Made by a program: the position numbers and the translations under genes | Virus record (IMG/VR): IMGVR_UViG_2913192161_000007 | Span: 1 to 33,263 of that record | DNA length: 33,263 bases | From: a virus | Lineage: Duplodnaviria; Heunggongvirae; Uroviricota; Caudoviricetes | Reading direction: 5' to 3' (one strand) | Part shown: in pieces, positions 16,849 through 25,628 of the stretch | Numbering within the stretch: the stretch's first letter is position 1 | Layout: every line of letters begins with the position of its first letter | The notes under the pieces: generated by a model | Seen by the model: the letters and a program-made list of their open reading frames with translations, nothing else | Database searches by the model: none | Told to the model about the DNA's origin: nothing

Positions 16849-17313
16849 ATGAAGTTTGTTGCGCCAGAACAGGCACCGGAACAGGCGGAAATCATCAGAA
16901 ATACGCCGTTCTGGCCTGATGTGGACCTGTCGGAGTTTCGCAGTGTCATGCGCACTGACGGCACGGTGACGCAGCCGCGTTTAAAACAGGTTGCGCTGTC
17001 GGCAATTTCGGAGGTCAACGCAGAGCTGTATGAGTTTCGCAGACGCCAGCAGATGCTGGGGTATGCCTCGCTGGCAGAGGTTCCGGCGGAACAGCTGGAC
17101 GGCAAAAGTGAGCGCATTCAGCACTATTTCAACGCGGTTTACTGCTGGGCACGCGCCATGCTCAACGAGCGTTATCAGGACTATGACGCCACGGCGTCCG
17201 GTGTGAAGCGGGGCGAGGAACTGGCAGAAGCAAGCGGTGATTTGTGGCGTGACGCCCGCTGGGCCATCAGCCGGGTACAGGATGCGCCGCACTGTACAGT
17301 GGAGCTTATCTGA
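16849..17313 (+). CDS. L: Head completion/stabilisation protein (P2 gpL-like)
   Basis: ATG 16849 with RBS aggag (ORF track begins upstream at 16786). Ends with ATCTGATG overlap to X. Confidence 0.8.
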   Translation: MKFVAPEQAPEQAEIIRNTPFWPDVDLSEFRSVMRTDGTVTQPRLKQVALSAISEVNAELYEFRRRQQMLGYASLAEVPAEQLDGKSERIQHYFNAVYCWARAMLNERYQDYDATASGVKRGEELAEASGDLWRDARWAISRVQDAPHCTVELI

Positions 17314-17516
17314 TGAAAGTGCGTGCGCATCAGTATGACACGGTGGACGCGCTTTGCTGGCGTCATTACGGGCGCACGCAGGGTGTCACGGAGCAGGTAC
17401 TGAAGGCAAATCCGGGGCTTGCCGAATACGGCCCCTTTTTACCTCACGGGCTGCAGGTGGAGCTGCCGGACACTCCGACTACCACCACCGTGCAGACCGT
17501 TCAGTTATGGGACTGA
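17313..17516 (+). CDS. X: Tail protein X (P2 gpX-like)
   Basis: 67 aa; position between L and the lysis genes as in P2. Confidence 0.8.
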   Translation: MKVRAHQYDTVDALCWRHYGRTQGVTEQVLKANPGLAEYGPFLPHGLQVELPDTPTTTTVQTVQLWD

Positions 17517-17519
17517 ATT

Positions 17520-17735
17520 ATGACGCTTGAGCGAATCAGCGCCTTTATCACGTATTGCATCGCCGTCGTGCTGGCCTGGCTGGGCGATTTGTCCATCAAG
17601 GATGCCTCAACGCTGGGCGGCCTGATGATCGGTGTGCTGATGCTGGCTATCAACTGGTACTACAAACACAAAGCCTACCAGCTTCTGCGCGACGGGCAGA
17701 TCTCGCGGGAGGACTATGAATCCATCAATCGTTAA
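17520..17735 (+). CDS. Holin, probably a pinholin (two-TM class II holin)
   Basis: 71 aa with two hydrophobic segments (ISAFITYCIAVVLAWLG, LGGLMIGVLMLAINWYY) and a charged C-terminus. Immediately upstream of an endolysin with a SAR-like N-terminus. Confidence 0.7.
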   Translation: MTLERISAFITYCIAVVLAWLGDLSIKDASTLGGLMIGVLMLAINWYYKHKAYQLLRDGQISREDYESINR

Positions 17736-18228
17736 ACGCTGCCTTGTCGGGGCCGTGCTGGCTATTGCTGCCACGCTGCCGGGTTTTCAGCAGCTTCACA
17801 CCTCCGTGGAAGGGCTGAAACTGATTGCCGATTACGAAGGTTGTCGTCTGCAGCCGTATCAGTGCAGCGCGGGTGTCTGGACCGACGGCATTGGTAATAC
17901 GTCGGGCGTCATTCCCGGCAAAACCATTACGGAGCGACAGGCAGCAGAAGGGCTGATCTCCAACGTGCTGCGTGTGGAGCGGGCGCTGGAAAGGTGTGTG
18001 AAGCAACAGCCACCGCAGAAGGTGTATGACGCTACGGTGTCGTTTGCCTTCAACGTGGGGACGGGCAATGCCTGTAGTTCCACGCTGGTGAAATTGCTCA
18101 ATCAGCGGCGCTGGGCGGATGCGTGCCGACAGTTGCCGCGCTGGGTGTATGTAAAAGGTGTGTTTAATCAGGGGCTGGATAACCGCCGTGCGCGGGAGAT
18201 GGCCTGGTGCTTACAGGGAGCAAACTGA
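17716..18228 (+). CDS. Endolysin (lysozyme family) with N-terminal signal-arrest-release-like segment
   Basis: 170 aa. N-terminal RCLVGAVLAIAATLPG hydrophobic stretch. Catalytic-region pattern YEGCRLQPYQCSAGVWTDGIGNT (Glu/Asp/Thr) as in T4-type and P21 R-type lysozymes. Confidence 0.85.
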   Translation: MNPSIVKRCLVGAVLAIAATLPGFQQLHTSVEGLKLIADYEGCRLQPYQCSAGVWTDGIGNTSGVIPGKTITERQAAEGLISNVLRVERALERCVKQQPPQKVYDATVSFAFNVGTGNACSSTLVKLLNQRRWADACRQLPRWVYVKGVFNQGLDNRRAREMAWCLQGAN

Positions 18229-18229
18229 A

Positions 18230-18607
18230 ATGAAAAAGAAAGTAATCAGCGGGCTGTTTCTGATGTTATGGATGGCGCTGTTGATCGCAGCAATGGTGTA
18301 TCCGCAGGGGATTTTTCCGGTACTGGCAGCGTCCGGTGTCTGGGTAGCCTGTCTGCTGACATGGGCGGTAATTCCGGTATCACTGGCTGCGTTAATTAAG
18401 AACGGCCCGCTCTGGCAGGAGTTGAGGGCATCTTTGCTGAAGACCATTACCCGAAAAGAAAACGTATTTATCAGCTGGGTGATGCGATTGCTGATTGTCG
18501 TAAGTCTCGCCTGGACGGGGTGGGCCATTACCCTGGTCTTTTATCTGCTGACCGTTATTGCCTTCCGGATCACCCGTAACCAGATGGCGCAACAGGTAGC
18601 AGCATGA
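18230..18607 (+). CDS. lysA: LysA-like lysis-timing membrane protein
   Basis: ATG 18230 (ORF track begins upstream at 18158). About 125 aa with four hydrophobic segments, between endolysin and spanins as in P2. Confidence 0.65.
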   Translation: MKKKVISGLFLMLWMALLIAAMVYPQGIFPVLAASGVWVACLLTWAVIPVSLAALIKNGPLWQELRASLLKTITRKENVFISWVMRLLIVVSLAWTGWAITLVFYLLTVIAFRITRNQMAQQVAA

Positions 18608-19032
18608 ACCGGTTGCTGCTGGTTGTGCTGGCGTTATTACTGGCGACGCTGGGCTGGCAGACGTGGCGGCTGGCTGATGCCAACCGGACCATCAGCAAGC
18701 AGGCGGACGAGCTGCAGAGCAAAAGCCAGGCACTGGCAAAGAGCAACAGCCAGCTTATCAGCCTGTCCATTCTGACTGAAACCAATAACCGGGAGCAGGC
18801 GCGGCTCTATGCCGACGCAGAACAGACCAGCGCGCTGCTGAGACAACGACAACACCGGATTGAGGAACTGAAACGTGAGAACGAGGATTTACGCCGCTGG
18901 GCTGATACTCCTTTGCCTGCTGACATTATCCGGCTGCGGGAACGTCCGGCACTCACCGGAGGTGCAGCTTACCGTCAGTGGTTGTCCGCGAGTGACGCCG
19001 TGTCGGCTGGATCAGGCAGCGCCGCGCACTAA
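18604..19032 (+). CDS. lysB: i-spanin (LysB / Rz-like)
   Basis: 142 aa, N-terminal TM segment (LLLVVLALLLATLGW) then coiled-coil-like periplasmic region. Confidence 0.8.
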   Translation: MNRLLLVVLALLLATLGWQTWRLADANRTISKQADELQSKSQALAKSNSQLISLSILTETNNREQARLYADAEQTSALLRQRQHRIEELKRENEDLRRWADTPLPADIIRLRERPALTGGAAYRQWLSASDAVSAGSGSAAH

Positions 19033-19162
19033 CGGTGATCTGAACGCGTTGCTGGATGAAACGGAGGCCGCCTGGGCGGTCTGTGCAGACAAAGTGGACA
19101 TGATTATTGCGTGTCAGGAGCGAAACAGTGAACAAACCACAATCCCTGCGCCACGCCCTTAA
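18875..19162 (+). CDS. lysC: o-spanin lipoprotein (LysC / Rz1-like), embedded in lysB +1 frame and extending into R
   Basis: Signal peptide with lipobox LTLSGC; overlaps the lysB 3' end and the R 5' end, as in P2. Confidence 0.75.
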   Translation: MRTRIYAAGLILLCLLTLSGCGNVRHSPEVQLTVSGCPRVTPCRLDQAAPRTNGDLNALLDETEAAWAVCADKVDMIIACQERNSEQTTIPAPRP

Positions 19163-19559
19163 TAAAGCAGTGCCTTATGTCCGTAATAACCCGGACAAAC
19201 TGCATCTGTTTGTGGATAACGGTTCGCTGGTTGCCACGGGGGCCAGCTCCATGTCATGGGAGTACCGCTACACCCTGAACGTGGTGATTGAGGATTTCAG
19301 CGGCGACCAGAATTTGCTGATGGCCCCGGTTTTGCTGTGGCTGCGGGATAACCAGCCCGATGCCATGAATAACCCGGCGTTACGGGAAAAGCTATTCACC
19401 TTTGAGGTGGATATTCTGCGCAACGATGTCTGTGATATCAGCCTCAACCTGCAACTGACGGAGCGTGTGCTGGTCAGCACTGACGGCAGTGTGTCGAGTG
19501 TTGAAGCGGTAGCGGAACCCGATGAACCTGAAGAAATGTGGACGGTGAAACGTGGCTGA
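19128..19559 (+). CDS. R: Tail completion protein R
   Basis: GTG 19128 with RBS aggag 7 nt upstream (ORF track begins at TTG 19107). Confidence 0.75.
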   Translation: MNKPQSLRHALNKAVPYVRNNPDKLHLFVDNGSLVATGASSMSWEYRYTLNVVIEDFSGDQNLLMAPVLLWLRDNQPDAMNNPALREKLFTFEVDILRNDVCDISLNLQLTERVLVSTDGSVSSVEAVAEPDEPEEMWTVKRG

Positions 19560-19998
19560 ACTGCAGAAGGTGGACGACTGGCTGAGTGCCTTGCTGGCGA
19601 ATCTTGAGCCAGCCGCAAGAAGCCACATGATGCGCCAGCTGGCGCAGGAGCTGCGCCGGACACAGCAGCAGAATATCAGGATGCAACGCAACCCTGACGG
19701 CAGCAGTTATGAACCGCGACGGGTAACAGCACGCAGTAAAAAGGGGCGCATCAAACGTCAGATGTTTGCAAAGCTGCGCACCACAAAATACCTGAAAACC
19801 GCCGCCAGCGCGGATTCTGCCAGCGTACAGTTTGAAGGCAAGGTACAGCGCATTGCCCGTGTTCATCACTACGGCCTGCGCGATCGCGTCAGTCGTAAGG
19901 GACCGGAGGTCCGTTACGCAGAGCGTCGCCTTCTGGGTGTAAATGATGATGTTGAGGTAATGACCCGTGACATGATTCTGCAATGGCTGGCGGGGTGA
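19552..19998 (+). CDS. S: Tail completion protein S
   Basis: 148 aa, GTG start overlapping the R stop; P2 order R-S-V. Confidence 0.75.
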   Translation: MAELQKVDDWLSALLANLEPAARSHMMRQLAQELRRTQQQNIRMQRNPDGSSYEPRRVTARSKKGRIKRQMFAKLRTTKYLKTAASADSASVQFEGKVQRIARVHHYGLRDRVSRKGPEVRYAERRLLGVNDDVEVMTRDMILQWLAG

Positions 19999-20002
19999 TC
20001 TT

Positions 20003-20020
20003 TGTATCAGCACTGATACA
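20003..20020. promoter_or_regulatory. Late-promoter activator site (perfect palindromic TGT-N12-ACA) upstream of V
   Basis: tgtATCAGCACTGATaca; TGTATCAG / CTGATACA are exact inverted repeats. Centre about 55 bp upstream of the V start codon. Confidence 0.6.
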
Positions 20021-20066
20021 AGTTGCAGCACTGCCGCCTTTCTTCCCCTGATGGCAACCTTTCCCT

Positions 20067-20645
20067 ATGAACGCACAATTAACCGAAATCATGCGCCTTA
20101 TCACCAATCTGATCCGCACAGGTGTAGTCACCGAAGTGGACCGGGAAAACTGGCTGTGTCGGGTGAAAACGGGCGACCTTGAAACCAACTGGATTAACTG
20201 GCTGACACTGCGCGCGGGCAAATCGCGCACCTGGTGGAAACCGTCTGTGGGTGAGCAGGTTGTGCTGTTCAGCCTGGGTGGCAATCTGGAAACCGCGTTT
20301 GCCCTGCCTGCTGTCTACTCAAATCAGTTTCCGCCACCTTCAGACTCTGAGGACGGCAACGTGGTTGAGTACCCGGACGGTGGCTGGTTTGAATACGAAC
20401 CCGCCACCGGGCGCTGGTATGTCAGGGGCATCAAATCAATGGTCATTGAGACCGCTGACAATATCACCCTGAAAACCAGTGAGTTTGTACTGGAGGCTGA
20501 CCGCACGCGCATTAACAGCGAAGTGGTGATCAATGGTGGCGTTACCCAGGGCGGCGGAGCGATGAGTTCTAACGGGATTGTGGTTGATGCACATCAGCAT
20601 ACTGGCGTCCTGAAAGGCGGCGACACAACCGGAGGCCCGGTATGA
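20067..20645 (+). CDS. V: Baseplate assembly protein V (spike)
   Basis: 192 aa. N-terminus and RAGKSRTWWKPSVGEQV region resemble P2 gpV as I recall it. Confidence 0.85.
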   Translation: MNAQLTEIMRLITNLIRTGVVTEVDRENWLCRVKTGDLETNWINWLTLRAGKSRTWWKPSVGEQVVLFSLGGNLETAFALPAVYSNQFPPPSDSEDGNVVEYPDGGWFEYEPATGRWYVRGIKSMVIETADNITLKTSEFVLEADRTRINSEVVINGGVTQGGGAMSSNGIVVDAHQHTGVLKGGDTTGGPV

Positions 20646-21001
20646 CGCTTTATAGCGGGATGAACAATACCAGCGGCAAAGCCATTACTGATATTGACCA
20701 TCTGCGCCAGTCGGTGCGGGACATTCTGCTGACGCCGCAGGGTAGCCGCATTGCTCGCCGTGAATATGGTTCCCTGCTGTCGGCACTGATAGACCAGCCA
20801 CAAAATCCGGCATTGCGCCTGCAGGTCATGTCGGCAGTGTATGTGGCGCTGAGTCGCTGGGAGCCACGGCTGACGCTGGATTCCATCACCATCAACAGCA
20901 ACTTTGACGGTTCTATGGTGGTGGAGCTGACCGGGCGGCAGAATAACGGTGTGCCTGTGTCCCTTTCCGTATCAACAGGAGCAGAGAATGGCAGTGATTG
21001 A
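20642..21001 (+). CDS. W: Baseplate wedge protein W (gp25-like)
   Basis: 119 aa, overlaps V stop (ATGA); P2 order V-W-J. Confidence 0.85.
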   Translation: MTLYSGMNNTSGKAITDIDHLRQSVRDILLTPQGSRIARREYGSLLSALIDQPQNPALRLQVMSAVYVALSRWEPRLTLDSITINSNFDGSMVVELTGRQNNGVPVSLSVSTGAENGSD

Positions 21002-21896
21002 CCTTTCGCAGTTGCCTGCACCGCAGATTGTGGATGTGCCCGACTTTGAGACGCTGCTTGCCGAACGCAAGGCAGAATTTGTGGCGCTTCATCCGAAGGA
21101 TGAGCAGGAAGCCGTGATCCGCACGCTGGAACTGGAATCTGAACCCGTCACCAAATTGTTGCAGGAGAACGCTTACCGTGAGTTGCTTCTGCGCCAGCGC
21201 ATTAACGAAGCCGCGCAGGCAGTGATGGTGGCTTATGCCATAGGGGGCGATCTGGACCAGCTCGCTGCCAATTACAACGTGAAACGCCTGACGGTGACGC
21301 CTGCTGATAATGACGCTGTGCCGCCCGTTGCTGCTGTGATGGAAAGTGATGAAGCGTTACGCCTGCGTGTGCCTGCAGCCTTTGAAGGGCTTTCAGTTGC
21401 GGGGCCAACTGCAGCTTATGAATTTCATGCCCGAAGCGCCGACGGTCGGGTGGCGGATGCCAGTGCAACCAGCCCGGCACCTGCAGAGGTGGTGCTGACT
21501 GTCCTTAGCCGCGAAGGCGATGGAACTGCAGAAAAAGACCTGCTGGATGTGGTGGAAAAAGCTCTGAACAGTGAGAACGTCCGCCCGGTGGCTGACCGTC
21601 TTACGGTTCGCAGCGCAGAAATAATCCCGTATCGCGTGGAAGCCACCATTTTTCTCTATCCGGGACCGGAAGCAGAGCCGGTAATGGCAGCGGCAAAAGC
21701 CAGCCTGCAGAAGTACATCGCCAGTCAGACGCGTCTTGGTCGGGATATTCGCCGTAGCGCCATCTTTGCCGCCCTGCATGTTGAGGGTGTGCAGCGTGTG
21801 GAGCTGGCTTCTCCTCTGGCGGATGTGGTCCTGAACAAAACACAGGCGGCATCATGTACGCAGTGGAGCGTAACCAACGGAGGAACGGATGAATAG
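20988..21896 (+). CDS. J: Baseplate protein J
   Basis: ATG 20988 with RBS aggagcagag (ORF track begins at 20949); 302 aa. Confidence 0.85.
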   Translation: MAVIDLSQLPAPQIVDVPDFETLLAERKAEFVALHPKDEQEAVIRTLELESEPVTKLLQENAYRELLLRQRINEAAQAVMVAYAIGGDLDQLAANYNVKRLTVTPADNDAVPPVAAVMESDEALRLRVPAAFEGLSVAGPTAAYEFHARSADGRVADASATSPAPAEVVLTVLSREGDGTAEKDLLDVVEKALNSENVRPVADRLTVRSAEIIPYRVEATIFLYPGPEAEPVMAAAKASLQKYIASQTRLGRDIRRSAIFAALHVEGVQRVELASPLADVVLNKTQAASCTQWSVTNGGTDE

Positions 21897-22494
21897 TCTG
21901 CTGCCACCGGGTTCAACACCACTGGAGCGCCGACTGGCACAAACCTGCAGCGGGATTTCTGATTTGCAGGTGCCGCTACGTGACTTGTGGGATCCGGCTA
22001 CCTGTCCGGTCAGTTTCCTGCCTTATCTCGCCTGGGCGTTCTCTGTGGATCGCTGGGACGAGAGCTGGACAGAAAGCGTCAAACGCCAGGTGGTGAAGGA
22101 TGCTTTTTATATTCATCAGCACAAAGGAACCACCAGTGCCGTGCGGCGGGTGGTGGAGCCGTTCGGCTTTCTGATCCGCATTATTGAGTGGTGGCAGACC
22201 GGAGAAACACCAGGCACGTTTCGCCTGGATATCGGCGTGCAGGATCAGGGCATCACTGAAGATACCTATCTGGAACTTGAGCGACTGATAAGCGATGCCA
22301 AACCATGTAGCCGTCACATGATCGGCATGTCCATCAATCTGCAGACCAGCGGTCCGCATTGGGTGGGGGCCGTCAGCTATCTTGGCGAAGAAATCACGAT
22401 CTATCCGTATATCAACGAAACAATTATTTCTGGCGGCACCGCGCATGAAGGCGGAGCGGTCCATGTTATTGACACAATGAGAGTGAATCCATGA
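21889..22494 (+). CDS. I: Baseplate/tail protein I
   Basis: 201 aa, RBS ggagg; overlaps J and H. Confidence 0.8.
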   Translation: MNSLLPPGSTPLERRLAQTCSGISDLQVPLRDLWDPATCPVSFLPYLAWAFSVDRWDESWTESVKRQVVKDAFYIHQHKGTTSAVRRVVEPFGFLIRIIEWWQTGETPGTFRLDIGVQDQGITEDTYLELERLISDAKPCSRHMIGMSINLQTSGPHWVGAVSYLGEEITIYPYINETIISGGTAHEGGAVHVIDTMRVNP

Positions 22495-23876
22495 GCACAA
22501 AATTTTATACCCTGCTGACGGATATTGGCGCGGCGAAACTTGCCAGCGCCACTGCACTTGGTGTGCCGCTTAAAATTACCCATATGGCGGTGGGCGATGG
22601 CGGCGGAACATTGCCGACGCCGGACGCAAAGCAGACTGCACTGGTAAATGAGAAACGCCGGGCTGCGCTGAATATGCTCTATATCGACCCGCAGAACAGC
22701 AGCCAGATTATTGCTGAACAGGTGATCCCTGAAAACGAGGGCGGTTGGTGGATACGTGAAGTGGGCCTGTTTGATGAGTCAGGGGCATTGATTGCCGTAG
22801 GCAACTGCCCGGAAAGCTACAAGCCGCAACTGGCTGAAGGCAGCGGACGCACCCAGACCGTGCGCATGGTGCTGATAACCAGCAGCACGGACAATATCAC
22901 CCTGAAAATCGACCCTGCCGTCGTGCTGGCAACCCGCAAGTATGTGGATGACAAGGCACTGGAGCTGAAGGTGTACGTGGATGACAAGATGGCAAAACAT
23001 CTTGCCGCGCCGGACCCGCATTCACAGTATGCACCCAAAGAAAGCCCGACGTTTACCGGAACACCCAAAGCGCCAACGCCAGCGGCGGGGAATAATACCA
23101 CGCAGGTTGCGACCACTGCGTTTGTACAGGCGGCACTGCTCACCCTGATTGACGGTGCGCCTGCCACGCTGGACACGCTGAAAGAAATTGCCGCAGCCAT
23201 TAACAATGACCCGAAATTCAGCACCACCATTAACAATGCGCTGGCACTGAAAGCGCCGCTGTCGAGTCCGGCACTTACCGGGACGCCAACAGCACCGACT
23301 GCGGCACAGTCGGTCAACAATACACAGATTGCCACCACGGCTTTTGTGAAATCGGCGATTGCGGCAATGGTGGGTTCTGCACCTGCGGCACTGGATACGC
23401 TGAATGAACTGGCGGCGGCGCTGGGGAATGACCCGAACTTTGCCACGACGATGTTGAATGCGCTGTCAGGTAAACAACCGCTGGACAATACGCTGACCCA
23501 ATTAAGCGGAAAGGGTGCCCCTGAAATTTGTGATTATCTGGGTGTGAAAGAGGCTGCAAAACGAAAGGTAGGTACAGAGGATGTTGATTCTATCCCGGAT
23601 ATGCGAAGTTTTCAGTCGGAACGTTACTGGCAAAAACTGCCGGGAAAAATTATTCAATGGGTTTATATCCCTCCTCATGATGGCGATCAGGTTATTACCT
23701 TGCCTGTTCCTTTCCCCGGAGGAATTTTAGGTTTTGCTGTGGGCGCAGGATATGAACCATCCAGCGGCCGGATTACCACATTTGCAATAAATGTTGGAAA
23801 AGGGCCTGTTTCAACGATTGTGTCGCGCGCCAGCGATAGTATTTCTGGTGGTTCCTGTATTTTAATAGGTCACTGA
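22491..23876 (+). CDS. H: Tail fibre protein H
   Basis: 461 aa. Conserved P2 H-type N-terminus (MSTKFYTLLTDIGAAKLA...). Two internal fibre repeats of about 55 aa (NNTTQVATTAFVQAAL... / NNTQIATTAFVKSAIA...). Divergent C-terminal receptor-binding region. Confidence 0.85.
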   Translation: MSTKFYTLLTDIGAAKLASATALGVPLKITHMAVGDGGGTLPTPDAKQTALVNEKRRAALNMLYIDPQNSSQIIAEQVIPENEGGWWIREVGLFDESGALIAVGNCPESYKPQLAEGSGRTQTVRMVLITSSTDNITLKIDPAVVLATRKYVDDKALELKVYVDDKMAKHLAAPDPHSQYAPKESPTFTGTPKAPTPAAGNNTTQVATTAFVQAALLTLIDGAPATLDTLKEIAAAINNDPKFSTTINNALALKAPLSSPALTGTPTAPTAAQSVNNTQIATTAFVKSAIAAMVGSAPAALDTLNELAAALGNDPNFATTMLNALSGKQPLDNTLTQLSGKGAPEICDYLGVKEAAKRKVGTEDVDSIPDMRSFQSERYWQKLPGKIIQWVYIPPHDGDQVITLPVPFPGGILGFAVGAGYEPSSGRITTFAINVGKGPVSTIVSRASDSISGGSCILIGH

Positions 23877-23880
23877 ATAT

Positions 23881-24312
23881 ATGAATAAATATCTGTATGA
23901 CAGTAAAACAAATGCCTTTTACCCATTTATTTTGAAGGCAGACTATGAGCGTTCAGGCACCTGGCCTGAAAGTGGTGTGGAAGTTGGAGACGATGTTTTT
24001 CTGGAGTTTGTGAGGATTAACCCAGGCAAAGTCAGGGTTGCAGGAATGGACGGAATGCCTGCATGGGCAGATGCACCGGAACCGACACCAGAACAAATCA
24101 TTGACTCGGCAACCCGTGAAAAACAACGACGTATCGATGATGCCAATGAGTACATGAACAATAAGCAATGGCCGGGTAAAGCTGCCATCGGACGTATGAA
24201 CACCGAAGAGTTGAGAGAGTATAATTTGTGGCTGGATTATCATGACGCACTGAATTCCATTGACGTCAGTATGGCACCAGCCATCAACTGGCCAGAACCT
24301 CCTCCACAGTAA
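23881..24312 (+). CDS. G: Tail fibre assembly chaperone (gpG / Tfa-like)
   Basis: 143 aa directly after H. Confidence 0.75.
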   Translation: MNKYLYDSKTNAFYPFILKADYERSGTWPESGVEVGDDVFLEFVRINPGKVRVAGMDGMPAWADAPEPTPEQIIDSATREKQRRIDDANEYMNNKQWPGKAAIGRMNTEELREYNLWLDYHDALNSIDVSMAPAINWPEPPPQ

Positions 24313-24319
24313 AGTCTTC

Positions 24320-24340
24320 CCCCGCGCCTGCGGGGATTTT
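24320..24340 (+). terminator. Rho-independent terminator after the tail-fibre genes
   Basis: Stem CCCCGC / GCGGGG, loop GCCT, then ATTTT. Confidence 0.6.
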
Positions 24341-24353
24341 GTCATCCCGCCGT

Positions 24354-24371
24354 TGTGCCATTTTCCATACA
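24354..24371. promoter_or_regulatory. Late-promoter activator site (TGT-N12-ACA) upstream of FI
   Basis: tgtGCCATTTTCCATaca, centre about 85 bp upstream of the FI start codon. Confidence 0.55.
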
Positions 24372-24446
24372 AACCCCATCGCGTGCACCCTGCGCGTATC
24401 AACCAGAACATAGGCAGACCCCCTCTACAACCGGAGAGACTGCCTT

Positions 24447-25619
24447 ATGGCTCAGGATTACCACCACGGGGTGCGCGTTGTTGAAGTCAACGAAGGCACC
24501 CGATCCATTACCACGGTGAGCACCGCCATCGTGGGCATGGTCTGCACGGGCGATGATGCCGATGCAAAAATGTTTCCTCTTAATAAACCCGTGCTGATCA
24601 CTGATGTACTGACCGCCAGCGGTAAAGCGGGTGAGTCCGGCACGCTGGCCCGTTCGCTGGATGCCATCGCTGACCAGGCAAAACCCGTGACCGTTGTTGT
24701 GCGTGTGCCACAGGGTGAAACGGAAGAAGAAACCACAACCAATATCATTGGCGCAGTGACCGCCGAGGGTAAAAAAACAGGTATGAAAGCCCTGTTATCT
24801 GCCCAGTCACAGCTCGGCGTTAAACCGCGCATTCTCGGCGTGCCGGGTCACGATAACAAAGCCGTTGCGACTGAGCTGCTGAGTGTGGCGCAAAGCCTGC
24901 GCGGGTTTGCTTACCTGTCAGCGTATGGCTGCAAGACGGTACAGGAGGCGATCACCTACCGCGAAAACTTCAGCCAGCGTGAAGGGATGCTGATCTGGCC
25001 GGATTTTATCAGCTGGGACACGGTGCTGAATGCCGAAGCAACGGCTTATGCCACCGCCCGTGCGCTTGGTCTGCGCGCCAAAATTGATGAGCAGACCGGG
25101 TGGCACAAAAGCCTGTCCAACGTGGGCGTGAACGGTGTCACCGGAATTTCTGCTGATGTGTTCTGGGATCTGCAGGACCCGGCAACCGATGCGGGACTGC
25201 TTAACCAGAACGACGTCACCACGCTTGTGCGCAAGGATGGTTTCCGCTTCTGGGGTTCCCGCTGCCTGAGCGATGATCCGCTCTTTGCCTTCGAAAACTA
25301 CACCCGCACGGCGCAGGTGCTGATGGACACGATGGCAGAAGCGCATATGTGGGCGGTGGACAAACCGCTGAACCCGTCGCTGGCCCGCGACATTATCGAA
25401 GGTATCCGCGCCAAAATGCGCAGCCTGGTCAGTCAGGGCTATCTCATTGGTGGTGATTGCTGGCTGGACGAGTCGGTGAATGACAAAGACACTCTGAAAG
25501 CCGGAAAACTCACCATCGACTACGACTACACGCCAGTGCCGCCACTTGAAAACCTGATGCTGCGCCAGCGCATCACCGATCAGTACCTGGTGAATTTCTC
25601 CAGCCAGGTCAGCGCGTAA
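24447..25619 (+). CDS. FI: Tail sheath protein FI
   Basis: 390 aa, RBS ggagag, followed by the tail tube gene. Confidence 0.9.
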   Translation: MAQDYHHGVRVVEVNEGTRSITTVSTAIVGMVCTGDDADAKMFPLNKPVLITDVLTASGKAGESGTLARSLDAIADQAKPVTVVVRVPQGETEEETTTNIIGAVTAEGKKTGMKALLSAQSQLGVKPRILGVPGHDNKAVATELLSVAQSLRGFAYLSAYGCKTVQEAITYRENFSQREGMLIWPDFISWDTVLNAEATAYATARALGLRAKIDEQTGWHKSLSNVGVNGVTGISADVFWDLQDPATDAGLLNQNDVTTLVRKDGFRFWGSRCLSDDPLFAFENYTRTAQVLMDTMAEAHMWAVDKPLNPSLARDIIEGIRAKMRSLVSQGYLIGGDCWLDESVNDKDTLKAGKLTIDYDYTPVPPLENLMLRQRITDQYLVNFSSQVSA

Positions 25620-25628
25620 GGGGACAAC

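Noticed and set aside
14494-17292. Multiple 60-220-aa minus-strand ORFs across O, N, M and L (e.g. 14921..15583, 15950..16432, 16665..17117)
   Set aside because: All lie antisense within the tightly packed rightward head operon, lack RBSs and have biased low-complexity composition.
22817-23488. 223-aa minus-strand ORF inside tail fibre gene H
   Set aside because: Antisense to the repeat-containing part of H; low-complexity Ala/Ser/Val-rich translation. Artefact of the repeats.
22491-23876. Repetitive DNA in the tail fibre as a possible CRISPR-like array
   Set aside because: The repeats are in-frame coding repeats of about 165 bp with substantial divergence, inside a continuous ORF, with no short identical repeats or spacers. 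No CRISPR array is present anywhere in the window.
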